Source: Octopus vulgaris | Taxonomy: Eukaryota | Direction of reading: 5' to 3' | NCBI GenBank assembly: GCA_951406725.2 | Contig: OX597823.1 | Location: 46,562,001 to 46,626,000 of the forward strand | Length of the DNA stretch: 64,000 bases | Shown: positions 53,559-64,000 of the stretch, piece after piece | Layout: every line of letters begins with the position of its first letter | Position numbering within the stretch: position 1 is the first letter of the stretch | Position numbers and translations under genes: made by a program | The notes under the pieces: generated by a model | Seen by the model: only the letters and a program-made list of their open reading frames with translations | What the model was told of the DNA's origin: nothing | The model's database searches: none

Positions 53559-54340
53559 TCGATTTCACTTCTCAGATCTCACGATTTTACTTGCTCCGGT
53601 TAATTTTGTAAGAGCGGAGAGTAACATGTATTTAATGGTACCACGGGGTCTCTTTTTCCCCGTTACTTAACACCCAAGTAATCCTCGCTCTCCCAAATAG
53701 TGCAGTTTTCTGTGTGTGTGTTCTACGCTCAAGTCAATTCCAATAATATCTCCAAATATTAGGTTGTCCCAAAAGTTCGTAAACACTTGCGAAAATTGAA
53801 TTTTTACTCGCCAAGTACTAACAAAAACAACAAAAATTATTCCTCAAAATAAAGACCATTATTTTCCAAGACTTTCTACGAACTTTTGGGACAACCTTAT
53901 ATTTTCTCAAACCTGTTTGTTAGTGAACCCGGTGCCCCAACAACTATTGGGTTTACAGTTTCTTTCTTCATTACCCACATTCGTGTAATTTCGTCATTTT
54001 GTAGCTTATACTTTTCAATCTTTTCCAGCTCTTGGTCCCCAACACGGGCGTCCCCATGTATAGTAATATTTATTATCTTGGCTTCCTTCTTACAATTATC
54101 CACAGCAAAAAATGTTTGGTTTCCGAGAATCATTTAGTAAATCCAGTTGGATTGTAAAATCCCACAAGACCTTATACTTGTTATTCGCGTTGATGCCTTC
54201 TGATTTATGCTCGTACCATTTCTGTGTTCTTTCAAGACCATACTTCTCACACAACCTCCAGTGAACAATCTTAGTTACATTATCATGTCCCCTCTTGTAT
54301 GCCGATTGGGCCAGTTTGATACACTCACTCACTATACGTC
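53559..54340 (-). mobile_element. R4/Dong-like non-LTR retrotransposon 3' end (restriction-like endonuclease)
   Basis: IVSEC.KLAQ..YKR.HD.V..IVHW.LC.KY, WYEH, KVLWDF.IQ.D, RKP.I, EKIEKY and PIVVGA.G; ends in a (TAA)n tail. Confidence 0.9.
53759..53899. mobile_element. Tc1/mariner-derived MITE inserted in the R4-like ORF
   Basis: TIRs ttaggttgtcccaaaagttcgt / acgaacttttgggacaacctta with TA on both sides. Confidence 0.92.
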
Positions 54341-54368
54341 TGCACATACATACATACATACATACATA

Positions 54369-55045
54369 CAATCCATCGCTGGAATTGTAAAAATCTGAGA
54401 AACTTTCCAGAAGTTTGTCATTTAAATATATATGAGCATGTCTAGATATGTAACTCTATGCATAACAATACATACATAAAACATATGAATCTGCACATAC
54501 ATACATACATACATACATACATACATACATACATACATACATACATACATACATACATACATACATACATGCATGCATACATACATACATACATACATAT
54601 ATACATACATACATACATACATACATACATACATACATACATACAATCCATCGCTGGAATTGTAAAAATCTGAAAAACTTTCCAGAAGTTTATCATTTAA
54701 ATATATATGAGCATGCCTAGGTATGTAACACTATGCATGAGAATACATACATAAAGCATACAAATCATACATACATACATACATACATACATACATACAT
54801 ACATACATACATACATACATACATACATACATACACACATACACACATACACACATGCATACATACATACATACATACATACATACATACATACATACAT
54901 ACATACATACATACATACATACATACATACATACAAACAAAATCACCCTGTTGTTGATATTGAAATTCCAATGAAGGAACCTTGGATCTAGGTTAAAAAC
55001 CGGTTCTTTCTTTATTGGCAAGAAATCTTGAAATAAACTGAATAA

Positions 55046-55076
<31 letters not shown>

Positions 55077-55410
55077 CATACATACATACATACATACATA
55101 CAATCCATCGCTGGAATTGTACAAATCTGAAAAACTTTCCAGAAGTTTATCATTTAAATATATATGAGCATGTCTAGATATATAACTCTATGCATGAGAA
55201 TACATACATAAAACATACGAATCTGCACATACATACATACATACATACATACATACATACATACATACATACATACATACATACATACATACAAAAACAC
55301 CCTGTTGCTGATGTTTAAATTCCAACGAAGGAACCTTAGATCTAGGTCAGAAACCGGTTTTTCTCTATTGGCAAGAAATCTTGAAATAAACTGAATAATG
55401 ACATACATAC
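54369..55410. repeat. Modular array A-A-B-A-B spaced by (CATA)n
   Basis: Module A (caatccatcgctggaattgt...) at 54369, 54644 and 55101; module B (caccctgttg...aaactgaataat) at about 54938 and 55292. Confidence 0.92.
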
Positions 55411-55413
55411 AGT

Positions 55414-55735
55414 GAAGGCGCGTGGTTTAGTGGTTAGGCTAATCGACTCACTATCGTAAGGTCATGTGTTCGATTCCCGGCCGCGCATTGTGTCCTTTAG
55501 CAAGACACTTTATTTCACGTTGCTCCAGTTCACTCAGCTGACAAAAATGATTTGTACTTGCAATACAAAACGACTGGCCTCTTCACATTTTCTGTCACGC
55601 TGAATCTCCCTGAGAACTGCGGTAAGGGTACGCGTGTCTGTGAATGCTCAGCCACTTGCACGTTAATTTCACGAGCAGGCTGTTCCGTTCATCGGACCAA
55701 CTGGCATCCTCCACGTCGTAAGCGATGGAGAGCCA
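55414..55735 (+). mobile_element. SINE family C
   Basis: tggtttagtggttagg...gttcgattccc...cacttgcacgttaatttcacgagcaggctg. Confidence 0.88.
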
Positions 55736-56099
55736 GTTAACATACATAGATGCATACATACATACATACATACATACATACATACATACATACATACATA
55801 CATACATACATACATACATACATACATACATGCATGCAAGCATACATACATACGTACGTACGTACGTGCGTACATACATACATACATACATACATACATA
55901 CATACATACATACATACATACATACATACATACATTTCACGTTGCTCCAGTCCACTCAGTTGTAAATGGGTGTCCCTGCGATGAACTGGCATTCCGTTCA
56001 GGAGGAATGTTGGTCTACCAGCCTACCCAGTGAAGTGGCATCATTCGTAAGCTACAACAATATGAGAAAGCGTATTGTGATCAGCGATAAATAACAACA

Positions 56100-56810
56100 T
56101 GTAGTTGTTTGATCTCTCTTTAGTTCATGAGCATTTTCAATTAAAAACCCCAAATTCACTAAAACTGCTCGACATTTCAATCGGTGATATCTCCTACCGA
56201 TTCAAAGCAAAGAAAAATCTACCTCTTGATGCTGGACCTTCTCTTCAGTCAGAAATTATTTTGGCCCAAATATGCTCAAGTGGGGCTCACATTGACATAC
56301 TGTACTCACGGTTGGAACTACGCAGGTCTTTTAGATAAGAAAGCAACCTATCCAGGAAAATCAAGTATGTGATCCAACTGACTGTCACCAATACACTCAA
56401 GTCTTTAACCCACAGTTGCCCTGCTTCTTTTCTCTATCAATTCTCTTTGTTTATTACCACCTTCATCGAAGCCCACGCCGTCTTCCATCGACACCCACGC
56501 GACTCCTTCATCGACGTCCACGCGACTCCTCCATCGAAGCCCACGCGGCTTCTCCATCTCCCTTTCTTCGCTCACCCAATCTGATTCTCTCCTTTTAGAC
56601 CAATGCAAACCACTGTGCTAAATCCTATCTCCACTCCCCACGGTTTCGTTACTGCCGTTAATTTGCTCGTGTTTGACGCTGAACATCGACCTCAGCAATA
56701 ATCACAAGTCCCCGAGGGCATTAAAACATCTATTGAGAACCACTTTCATTCCAATCACCACATCTATTAATCATCGTTCAGTGAATTGAGCTGTCATCAT
56801 CTTGCATCTG
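56100..56810 (+). mobile_element. Possible decayed Gypsy-type gag remnant with 4 x ~23-bp internal repeat
   Basis: LL.ISIGD.S and an Arg/Ser-rich repeat (catcgaNNcccacgc, 56461-56550), then a faint Cys motif. Weak. Confidence 0.35.
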
Positions 56811-57675
56811 GGAGTTAACAGCCGGAGAGGCGCCATTTTTCAGTAGATAGAACATATTTTCAACTGAATACACTGAAGTCCATGAAATGGTCATGCCGAA
56901 AGATACAATATCTCTCCAAAACCATGAATCGAACATATGAATCTACGATCTTGAAGGTAATAGTCGAACGACTTGGTGTTCTTTTATTAATATTTTCAAT
57001 GAGTATTGAGTATTCAATGTGACCTGTTCAGACTTGTACTGCTTCCTGCTCTCCCTAATCAAAAGGCTGCTACAAGGCTATAAAATAAGTAACAGTCAAG
57101 TACTGGAATCAATGTAACCAACTTCTACCTTCCCTCAAAAACTGCTGGTCCCGTGCCAAAATTTCAAACCATTATAGAAGGTTCATATTTGGTAGAAATA
57201 TAAACTAATTACTTCAGAAAAATAAAAAAAAATGTTCAAACTCCAGTGTTAAAAGAACTTTCCTTAACCACCTCTTAATATTTTTTAAAGAAAAATAATT
57301 GAAATAAATTTTATACGTAGAATAATATGTTTAAACTTATACAACTGCTTTCCTCTTTCCCGATGCTTCAACAATGTGATTTTTTAAGTACATTTTAAAA
57401 CTGCTTTAATTAGTTAGAATTTAATATTTATATTTGCCATCATTGTAAATCAAATACTTTGGAAAAAAATTTTAAGATCAGACCAGCTGTACCATAATTA
57501 TTTCTCTAAGTTCCTCTAAACCACAATGCAGTGTAATTAGCGAATGGAAAATAATACTACCATAAAGAGAAACATCAGTCCTGTGAGTTACTTGCGTGAT
57601 ATCCAGGTGCTAGAATATCTACTTCCTATTTCAGGAGTCAGTAATCATTATTGTCATCGGCTTCCTTCATAGAGA

Positions 57676-57747
57676 CCCTCGGCAGAATAGTGGTAAGTAT
57701 CCCCGCCTGTCACGCGGAAGACCGGGGTTCGATTCTCCGCCGGAGAG
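57676..57747 (+). tRNA. tRNA-Asp(GTC), probably a pseudogene
   Basis: 72 nt close to canonical metazoan tRNA-Asp, anticodon GTC at 57709-57711. It has C1:A72 and C3:A70 mismatches, C8 instead of U, D- and anticodon-stem mismatches, and no T-run terminator. Confidence 0.85.
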
Positions 57748-57760
57748 CCTCAAATATTTA

Positions 57761-57927
57761 GGCTCAGGCGTGGCTGTATGGTAAGAAGCTTGTTTCCCAA
57801 CCACATGGTTCCGAATTCAGTCCCCTTGCGTGACACCTAGGGCAAAGTGTCTTCTACTATATAGCCTCGAGCCGACTAAAGCCTTGTGAGTGGATTTGGC
57901 AGACGGAAACTGAAAGAAGCCTGTCGC

Positions 57928-57958
<31 letters not shown>

Positions 57959-58113
57959 TGAGAAATTTGAAAAGCTAAACGCGAAACCGGTCATTTCTTC
58001 TAAATTATGTCATTGTAAGAAAAAAATTTTATAATATTCTTCAGACATATTGACTCAAATATATATTTTTTAACCTTTTAAAACAAGCCTTCTGTAGTCT
58101 TTTCACTTTTTAC

Positions 58114-58176
<63 letters not shown>

Positions 58177-58393
58177 TGTGTGTCTGTGTGTGTGTCCCTC
58201 CCACCACCGCTTGACAATCGATGCTGGTGTGTTTATGTCCCCGTAACCTTAGCGGTTCGGCAAAAAGAGACCGATAGATTAAGTACTAGGCTTACAAAGA
58301 ATGAATAAGTCCTGAGGTCGATTTGTTCGACTAAATGCGATGCTCCAGCATGACCGCAGTCAGATGACTGAAACCAATTGAAGAATAAAAGAA
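57761..58393 (+). mobile_element. SINE family A with an insert in its central (TA)n
   Basis: Head at 57761-57927, tail at 58172-58393, foreign segment at 57957-58117. Confidence 0.9.
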
Positions 58394-58724
58394 TATAACG
58401 CCAGCAGTTTAGAGTCACTGCAGGCCTTATATTTCCAATGCTTCTCTATATATTCACCTGCTTCTTTTTATAATTTCTGGATTAAAATTTATAAATATAT
58501 TAATATTGCATAGCATGATTTTTTCCTAAAATGATGTATTTATTCATTTTATTTGAAGGATTGCTAAGTTTTTCTATTTTTTTTCTCATCATTTTATCTC
58601 ATTAATTCACCATCTGTCCCTCATCTTTTCTTTCTCTATCCCACCCTCCCTATCTATCATTCCCCCTCTCATGATTTACTCAACACTCCAATCACCACCT
58701 TTTCACTGCCTCTCTCTCTCTCTC

Positions 58725-58765
<41 letters not shown>

Positions 58766-59846
58766 ATGCGTGCGTGTGTGAATCTATAACTATATTTCTA
58801 TGTATTTGAATACAAACCTCTTTGTCTGCCTATGTGTAAGTATATTTGTCAGATAACTAAATTGTAAGACTTAGAGAATCAATTTTCTTTCATTATGCCT
58901 AGAACAATGCACTGCTGTGTTCGATTATTTCGTGTAATCTTCAACAAGAAAGATCACTGATCATTTCTCAGAATCAATATTAATCAGCGGTTGCTACTGT
59001 AATCTTAGGTACAGATTGATGTCATTGTGCTAGTCTGATTACCTAGTTTTAGAAACAGATTTGCAGCTTATCCTATAATCCAATGATTTAGAAAACAACA
59101 TTCCATTGATTTTTACCGGGCGTGAATACAGTATTATGCGGACTTGACAAGAATTATAACTTCTTAATCCTTGATCCCTTAACCGGATATACATACAAAG
59201 ATGGCCCCATCCTAGTACGGTAGGAAGAATCTGTGATACTTATCTGTTTAGCAGTAATAAATTCTCTAGGACAATTACCTACTTGAGGATAAAAGCCAGT
59301 GATTTGGACTATATTATAATCTGATGCTTACGTATATCTTTGCTGATGTTCGGCTCATCAGCCGACCTTAGGTATTTAAGTAGATTTTTTTTTTCCAGTT
59401 AAGTATTCGTATTTATATAGTTTGCACTCTAATAAATCTTGGTGGATGTTTCGCTTTAATAAAATATTTACAAATGAAATCACGAGATAGCAATACAAGT
59501 AACTCTCTGCTTAACTCAGTTCAGGAGAATTTAACTTAATGATAAATTATTTTGACAGCTGAATGAATTTACCCAACAATATTACTGTGTATAAATTTGT
59601 TTAAAAATGTATAAATTTTTAATTTTGTTTATAATTTTATAATTTTTTATAATCTTTTTTTTTTTTTTTTTGATAAGTTTATTTTCATTCCTGTTGGATC
59701 TCACTTATGTGTCCATGACAGGTTTTTTTTTTTTTCAATTTAGTTACAATTATTTTCTCTACTCCCATCCCCGCGACAGAACAATAGTTTTTGCTGAACA
59801 TAAAAAATGCATTCAGTTTGCAGTGCAGGTGATAACTCCTGAAATA

Positions 59847-60360
59847 TTGGGTTGTGCGGAAAGTTTGTGCCGATTCTTAAAGGAAAGAAAAAGGTCAATA
59901 AATACTTGCCATTACCCAAGCTTTACCAAGTACTCATGAGCGACGGATTATGATAGGTTGAGGCTTTCTGCCAATTCTCGGGTTGTGCAATGTGGGTTAT
60001 TTTCAATTAATGATTTGATTTGGTCATCATCAGTAGTGGATGGTCTGCGTGATCACTCTTTATCAATAAGGCTACAATCTCCAGCTCGGAACTTTGTGAA
60101 CCACTTCCGTACAGTTCTTTCGGATAAAGAAACATCACCGTAACCTGCGCATATTTCTTTGGTTGCTTGTGAGGCATTTTTAAAGGGTTACAGAATTAAC
60201 ACAGGTAATAGGAACATAAACCTTCTTCGACGAAAAGATAGCTTAAACTGTGCTCTAAATGGACGTGTAGTCAAATCCCATTTTATGGTCTCAAACATGT
60301 TCTAAAATAAGTCGAAATGTAAGCTACTATAAATCAGCACGAACTTTCCGGACAACCCAA
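59847..60360 (-). mobile_element. Internally deleted mariner, same family as 11435-12000
   Basis: Same TIRs (ttgggttgt.cggaaagtt) with TA flanks; retains NASQATKEIC..YGD..LSERTVRKWFTKFRAGD. Confidence 0.93.
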
Positions 60361-60458
60361 TACTTCAAAATGTGTTTCGCAATGCTAAGGAAAGATTTGC
60401 ATTTTGCAGAGATACAGATAAAGCACATTTAGAAAATATTCTATAAAGTTTTGACATA

Positions 60459-60880
60459 GGCGTAGGAGTGGCTGTGTTGTAAGTAGCTTGCTTACGAACC
60501 ACATGGTTCCGGGTTCAGTCCCATTGCGTAGGACCTTGGGCAAGTGTCTTCTACTATAGCCTCGGACCGACCAAAGCCTTGTGAGTGAATTTGGTAGACG
60601 GAAACTGAAAGAAGCTCGTCGTATATATGTATGTATATATATTGCATGTGTGCGTGTGTATGTTTGTGTGTCTGTGTTTGTCCCCCACCCAACATTGCTT
60701 GACAACCGATGCTGGTATGTTTACGTCCCCCATAACTTAGCGGTTCGGCAAAAAGAGACCGATTAGAATAAGTACTAGGCTTACAAAGAATAAGTCCTGG
60801 GGTCGATTTGCTCGACTAAAGGCGGTGCTCCAGCATGGCCACAGTCAAATGACTGAAACATGTAAAAGAGTAAAAGAGAG
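60459..60880 (+). mobile_element. SINE family A, full length
   Basis: Highly similar to 26279-26707. Confidence 0.93.
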
Positions 60881-61038
60881 AGAGAATAAGGTTTATAAAT
60901 GTATTTCTTCTGGTGTCATAATAAATATAAAATACTGTTTTTTTTTTTGTTTTTTTTTAATTTTCCCGGGTTCACTGAAATCGATAGTTAAAAATTACTT
61001 CATCTTAAAATTTAAAACAGAAAACTACATTAAGTGCC

Positions 61039-61272
61039 CCATTTCTTTACTACCCACAAGGGGCTAAACACAGAGGGGATAAACAAGGACAGGCAAACGG
61101 ATTAAGTCGATTATATCGACCCCAGTGCATAACTGGTACTTAATTTATCGACCCCGAAAGGATGAAAGGCAAAGTCGACCTCGGCGGAATTTGAACTCAG
61201 AACGTAACGGCAGACGAAATACGCCAACGCATTTCGCCCGGCGTGCTAACGTTTCTGCCAGCTCACCGCCTT
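61039..61272 (-). mobile_element. SINE family B, full length with TSD
   Basis: TSD attaagtgcc at 61029-61038 and 61275-61284. Confidence 0.93.
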
Positions 61273-61528
61273 ATATTAAGTGCCGTTTAGTATGATGTTC
61301 TAGCGCGGTGCAATGACATCAGTCTCTCTATCTCTCTAAAAATGTGAACAAAATAATACAGGGTTAAGTCGTTATCATTGCTGCTTTTGTTGTTGATGTT
61401 GTTTTTTCTTGCTCTTGATTAAAGCTGGGGCAACCGTGACATAGCAAAGCTATAATCAAAGATATTGCAGCCTTGGCAATCCCATCAATTATTCATGTAA
61501 ACTGTATCCCGGACTGTATTAGTTAATA

Positions 61529-61760
61529 TACCTATTTCTTTATTACCCACAAGGGGCTAAACACAGAGGGTACAAACAAGGACAGACATAGGCATTAAGT
61601 CGATTACATCGACCCCAGTCCGTAACTGGTACTTAATTTATCGACCCCGAAAGGATAAAAGGCAAAGTCGACCTTGGCGGAATTTGAACTCACAACGTAA
61701 CGACGGGCGAAATACCACTAAGCATTTCGCCCGGCGTGCTAACGTTTCTGCCAGCTCACC
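61529..61760 (-). mobile_element. SINE family B
   Basis: Near full-length reverse complement of family B. Confidence 0.9.
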
Positions 61761-61941
61761 ATTTCTTCTTTTGAAGGTGGTATGTTTATTGTATAAAAAC
61801 AACTAGGGAGCTATTTCTTGGGAGTCTAAGTAAAGGACCTTTCGTAGGCTCATTATCTTGAACAGCACATTGCTAATTCATTTTAGATAACACTCTTTGG
61901 AGGAAACTCTTTCTTTATCAGAGATACTATACAATGGGACA

Positions 61942-62043
61942 TCTTCTTCTTCTTCTTCTTCTTCTTCTTCTTCTTCTTCTTCTTCTTCTTCTTCTTCTTC
62001 TTCTTCTTCTTCTTCTTCTTCTTCTTCTTCTTCTTCTTCTTCT
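61942..62043. repeat. (TCT)n microsatellite
   Basis: Directly visible. Confidence 0.95.
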
Positions 62044-62066
62044 TTATGACTATTATTACCATTATT

Positions 62067-62784
62067 GAGTGAGAGAGCAGTGCATGCCTTCAAAGTGACA
62101 CTGGAGTAAAATACACGAACCTCAGTATATCCATCATGACTGCCCGTCTGATAAGGGTACACCAGGCACATGCATTAAAACCATATGTGCGCGACATAGT
62201 GATCTCATATTATTATTATTATTATTATTGAGTGAGAGAGCAGTTCATGCCATCAAAGTGACGCTGGGGTAAAAATATACGAAGCCCAATATACCCATCA
62301 TGACTACCCGTCTGATAAGGGTACACCAGACACATGCATCACAACCATATGTGCGCGACATGGTGATCTCGTATCAAGATAAATAGCACATGACCTTGCA
62401 GGTGGGGCCCAGTTAGAATTTTCTTCAGGTCGAGTAGCCCATCCCGCTCAAAAGGTTCCTGAATAAGGGTTGTTTAAGGATGTTGAAAGAACCACCCATG
62501 TTTCCAGAGGTGAATTATTCAAACCCCAAAGAATCCCTCTCAACACATGGCTGTGATGCTCCCCCACTACTTCTGCTCGTGATCAGAGATGCACATATCG
62601 TCAGCCACTAAGGCACGTACTCAACTGGTTATGGTCAAACAACTGACAAGCAAATCTGTGGTATTGAGCAGAATATTTGCTGTAGCCCATCTTTTATACC
62701 AAGACAAAACAATGTACATGATAACACTTCCAATCAGTTAAGATAAGAAGCCATGAGAGCCACTGCCTGGTACTGCATCAGGGC
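62067..62784 (-). mobile_element. Non-coding element (family D) embedded in (TAA)n: one partial and one ~555-bp copy
   Basis: 62067-62210 duplicates the first ~145 bp of 62230-62784. (TTA)n lies before, between and after the copies. Strand inferred from the tail. Confidence 0.7.
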
Positions 62785-62785
62785 G

Positions 62786-62849
<64 letters not shown>

Positions 62850-62850
<1 letters not shown>

Positions 62851-63645
62851 GGCGAGGGGCTAGCAGAATTGTTAGCACATCGTGAAAAATGCTTAGCGAC
62901 ATTTCGTCCGTCTGACCTTTCTGGGTTAAATTCCGCCGAATTTAACTTTGCCATTCATCTTTTCGAGGTCGCTAAAATAAATACCAGTCGAGCACTGGAA
63001 TCGATGTAATCTCATCGATTACTCAGGTAAATTTTATATTTCCCCCGAAATTGCTGGCCTTATTAAAGCAGCAAGCTGGCAGAATCGTAACCGGTCAAAA
63101 TGCTTAGTGGCATTTTTTTCTGACGTTATGTTCTGAGTTCAAATACCTCCGAAGTCGACTTGGCCTTTCTTTCTGATGGGGTCGATAAGACAAGTAAACA
63201 ATTGAGCACCAGGATCGATGTAATCGATTGACCCACTTCCTTCAAAGTTTCAGGCCTTGTGCCTATAGCAGAAAGGACTATTGTTATTACAGGACTAATC
63301 ACACCAACAAACTATCTTTTACATTTTCCCGTGTAGGTGCGCGCGCGCCGTTTGAGTGTGCATTGGAAGACCTTTGATGATCTGTTTCACTCACAGCTGG
63401 TCTGCGACTAAATATCAACAATACTGACAACCATACACTTAGTCGATTCTCACACACGTGTATATGTGTGTGTCTGCATGCGTGAGTTTGATAGGTTTCA
63501 AATTTAGGCATAAGGTCAGCAAGATTAGGGGAGTGTTAAGTCGATTAGATCGACTCAGGTGTGCAACTAGTACTTATTTTATCGACCCCGAAAGTATGAA
63601 AAGTATTTTGTCTGGCGCGGTAACGATTCTGCCACCTCGCCACCT
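62850..63645. mobile_element. Cluster of three older SINE family B copies (62850-63010 +, 63066-63280 +, 63495-63645 -)
   Basis: Each carries gctggcagaa/ttctgcca and gtcgataa(a)ataagtac-like motifs. Confidence 0.8.
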
Positions 63646-64000
63646 TGAATTCAGATATATATATATATATATATATGTCTATAGGGCGAGAATTCACAAA
63701 AAAGACGAAGAGAAGTGGTGTAGACAAAAAACAGATGTATTAGTATAACGCTCGGGAAGTGAAAAAGTCTTTAATATTTTGAGCCTACGCTCTTTCACAG
63801 AAAGGAACACAGAAAGAAACAAAGGAAGGAAATAAAGAATGTGTAGTGGCTAGCGATCTGTCATGGCGAATGCCGGTGCATGCATGAGTATGTGTCTGAG
63901 AGAAAGAGAAAGAGAGAGAAAGTGTGTGTGTGTGTGTGACTGTGTGTACCGATAAATCCTGAGGTTACCCATTCAGAGGGCCATGAGGAAACGACTTCAA

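Noticed and set aside
59348-59366. CTGATGAGCCGAAC on the minus strand
   Set aside because: Only a small hairpin (tcggct/agccga); no room for stem II and no GAAA.
61878-62171. Poly-Glu ORF
   Set aside because: Translation of a (GAA)n microsatellite joined to a repeat element.

Overview
This is AT-rich, microsatellite-dense eukaryotic DNA, not prokaryotic. The tRNA-derived SINE families and the (TA)n/(CATA)n/(GATA)n load strongly resemble an Octopus (coleoid cephalopod) genome; that is an inference from sequence recognition. I found no intact host protein-coding gene, and nearly all ORF-track entries are microsatellite read-throughs. The window is intergenic or intronic and packed with nested transposon relics: several mariner copies, a Chapaev3-like element, a hATm-like transposase, an ISL2EU-like element (THAP ORF convergent with a SAP/SWIM ORF), a Helitron Rep fragment, a Helentron-like HINE, hAT and Tc1/mariner MITEs, Penelope-like, RTE and R4/Dong retroelement fragments, and more than 25 SINE copies. 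It also holds one degenerate tRNA-Asp(GTC) and a 100-N assembly gap. The most interesting signals are: a well-formed type I hammerhead ribozyme at 2823-2882 (-) with several decayed relatives near microsatellites; a mirrored 15-bp motif ahead of both ISL2EU ORFs; a (CATA)n-spaced modular array; a ~485-bp palindrome; unusual SINE insertion junctions; and a possible decayed RGS-like exon. Boundaries of old repeats are approximate, and all family assignments were made by eye without database searches.
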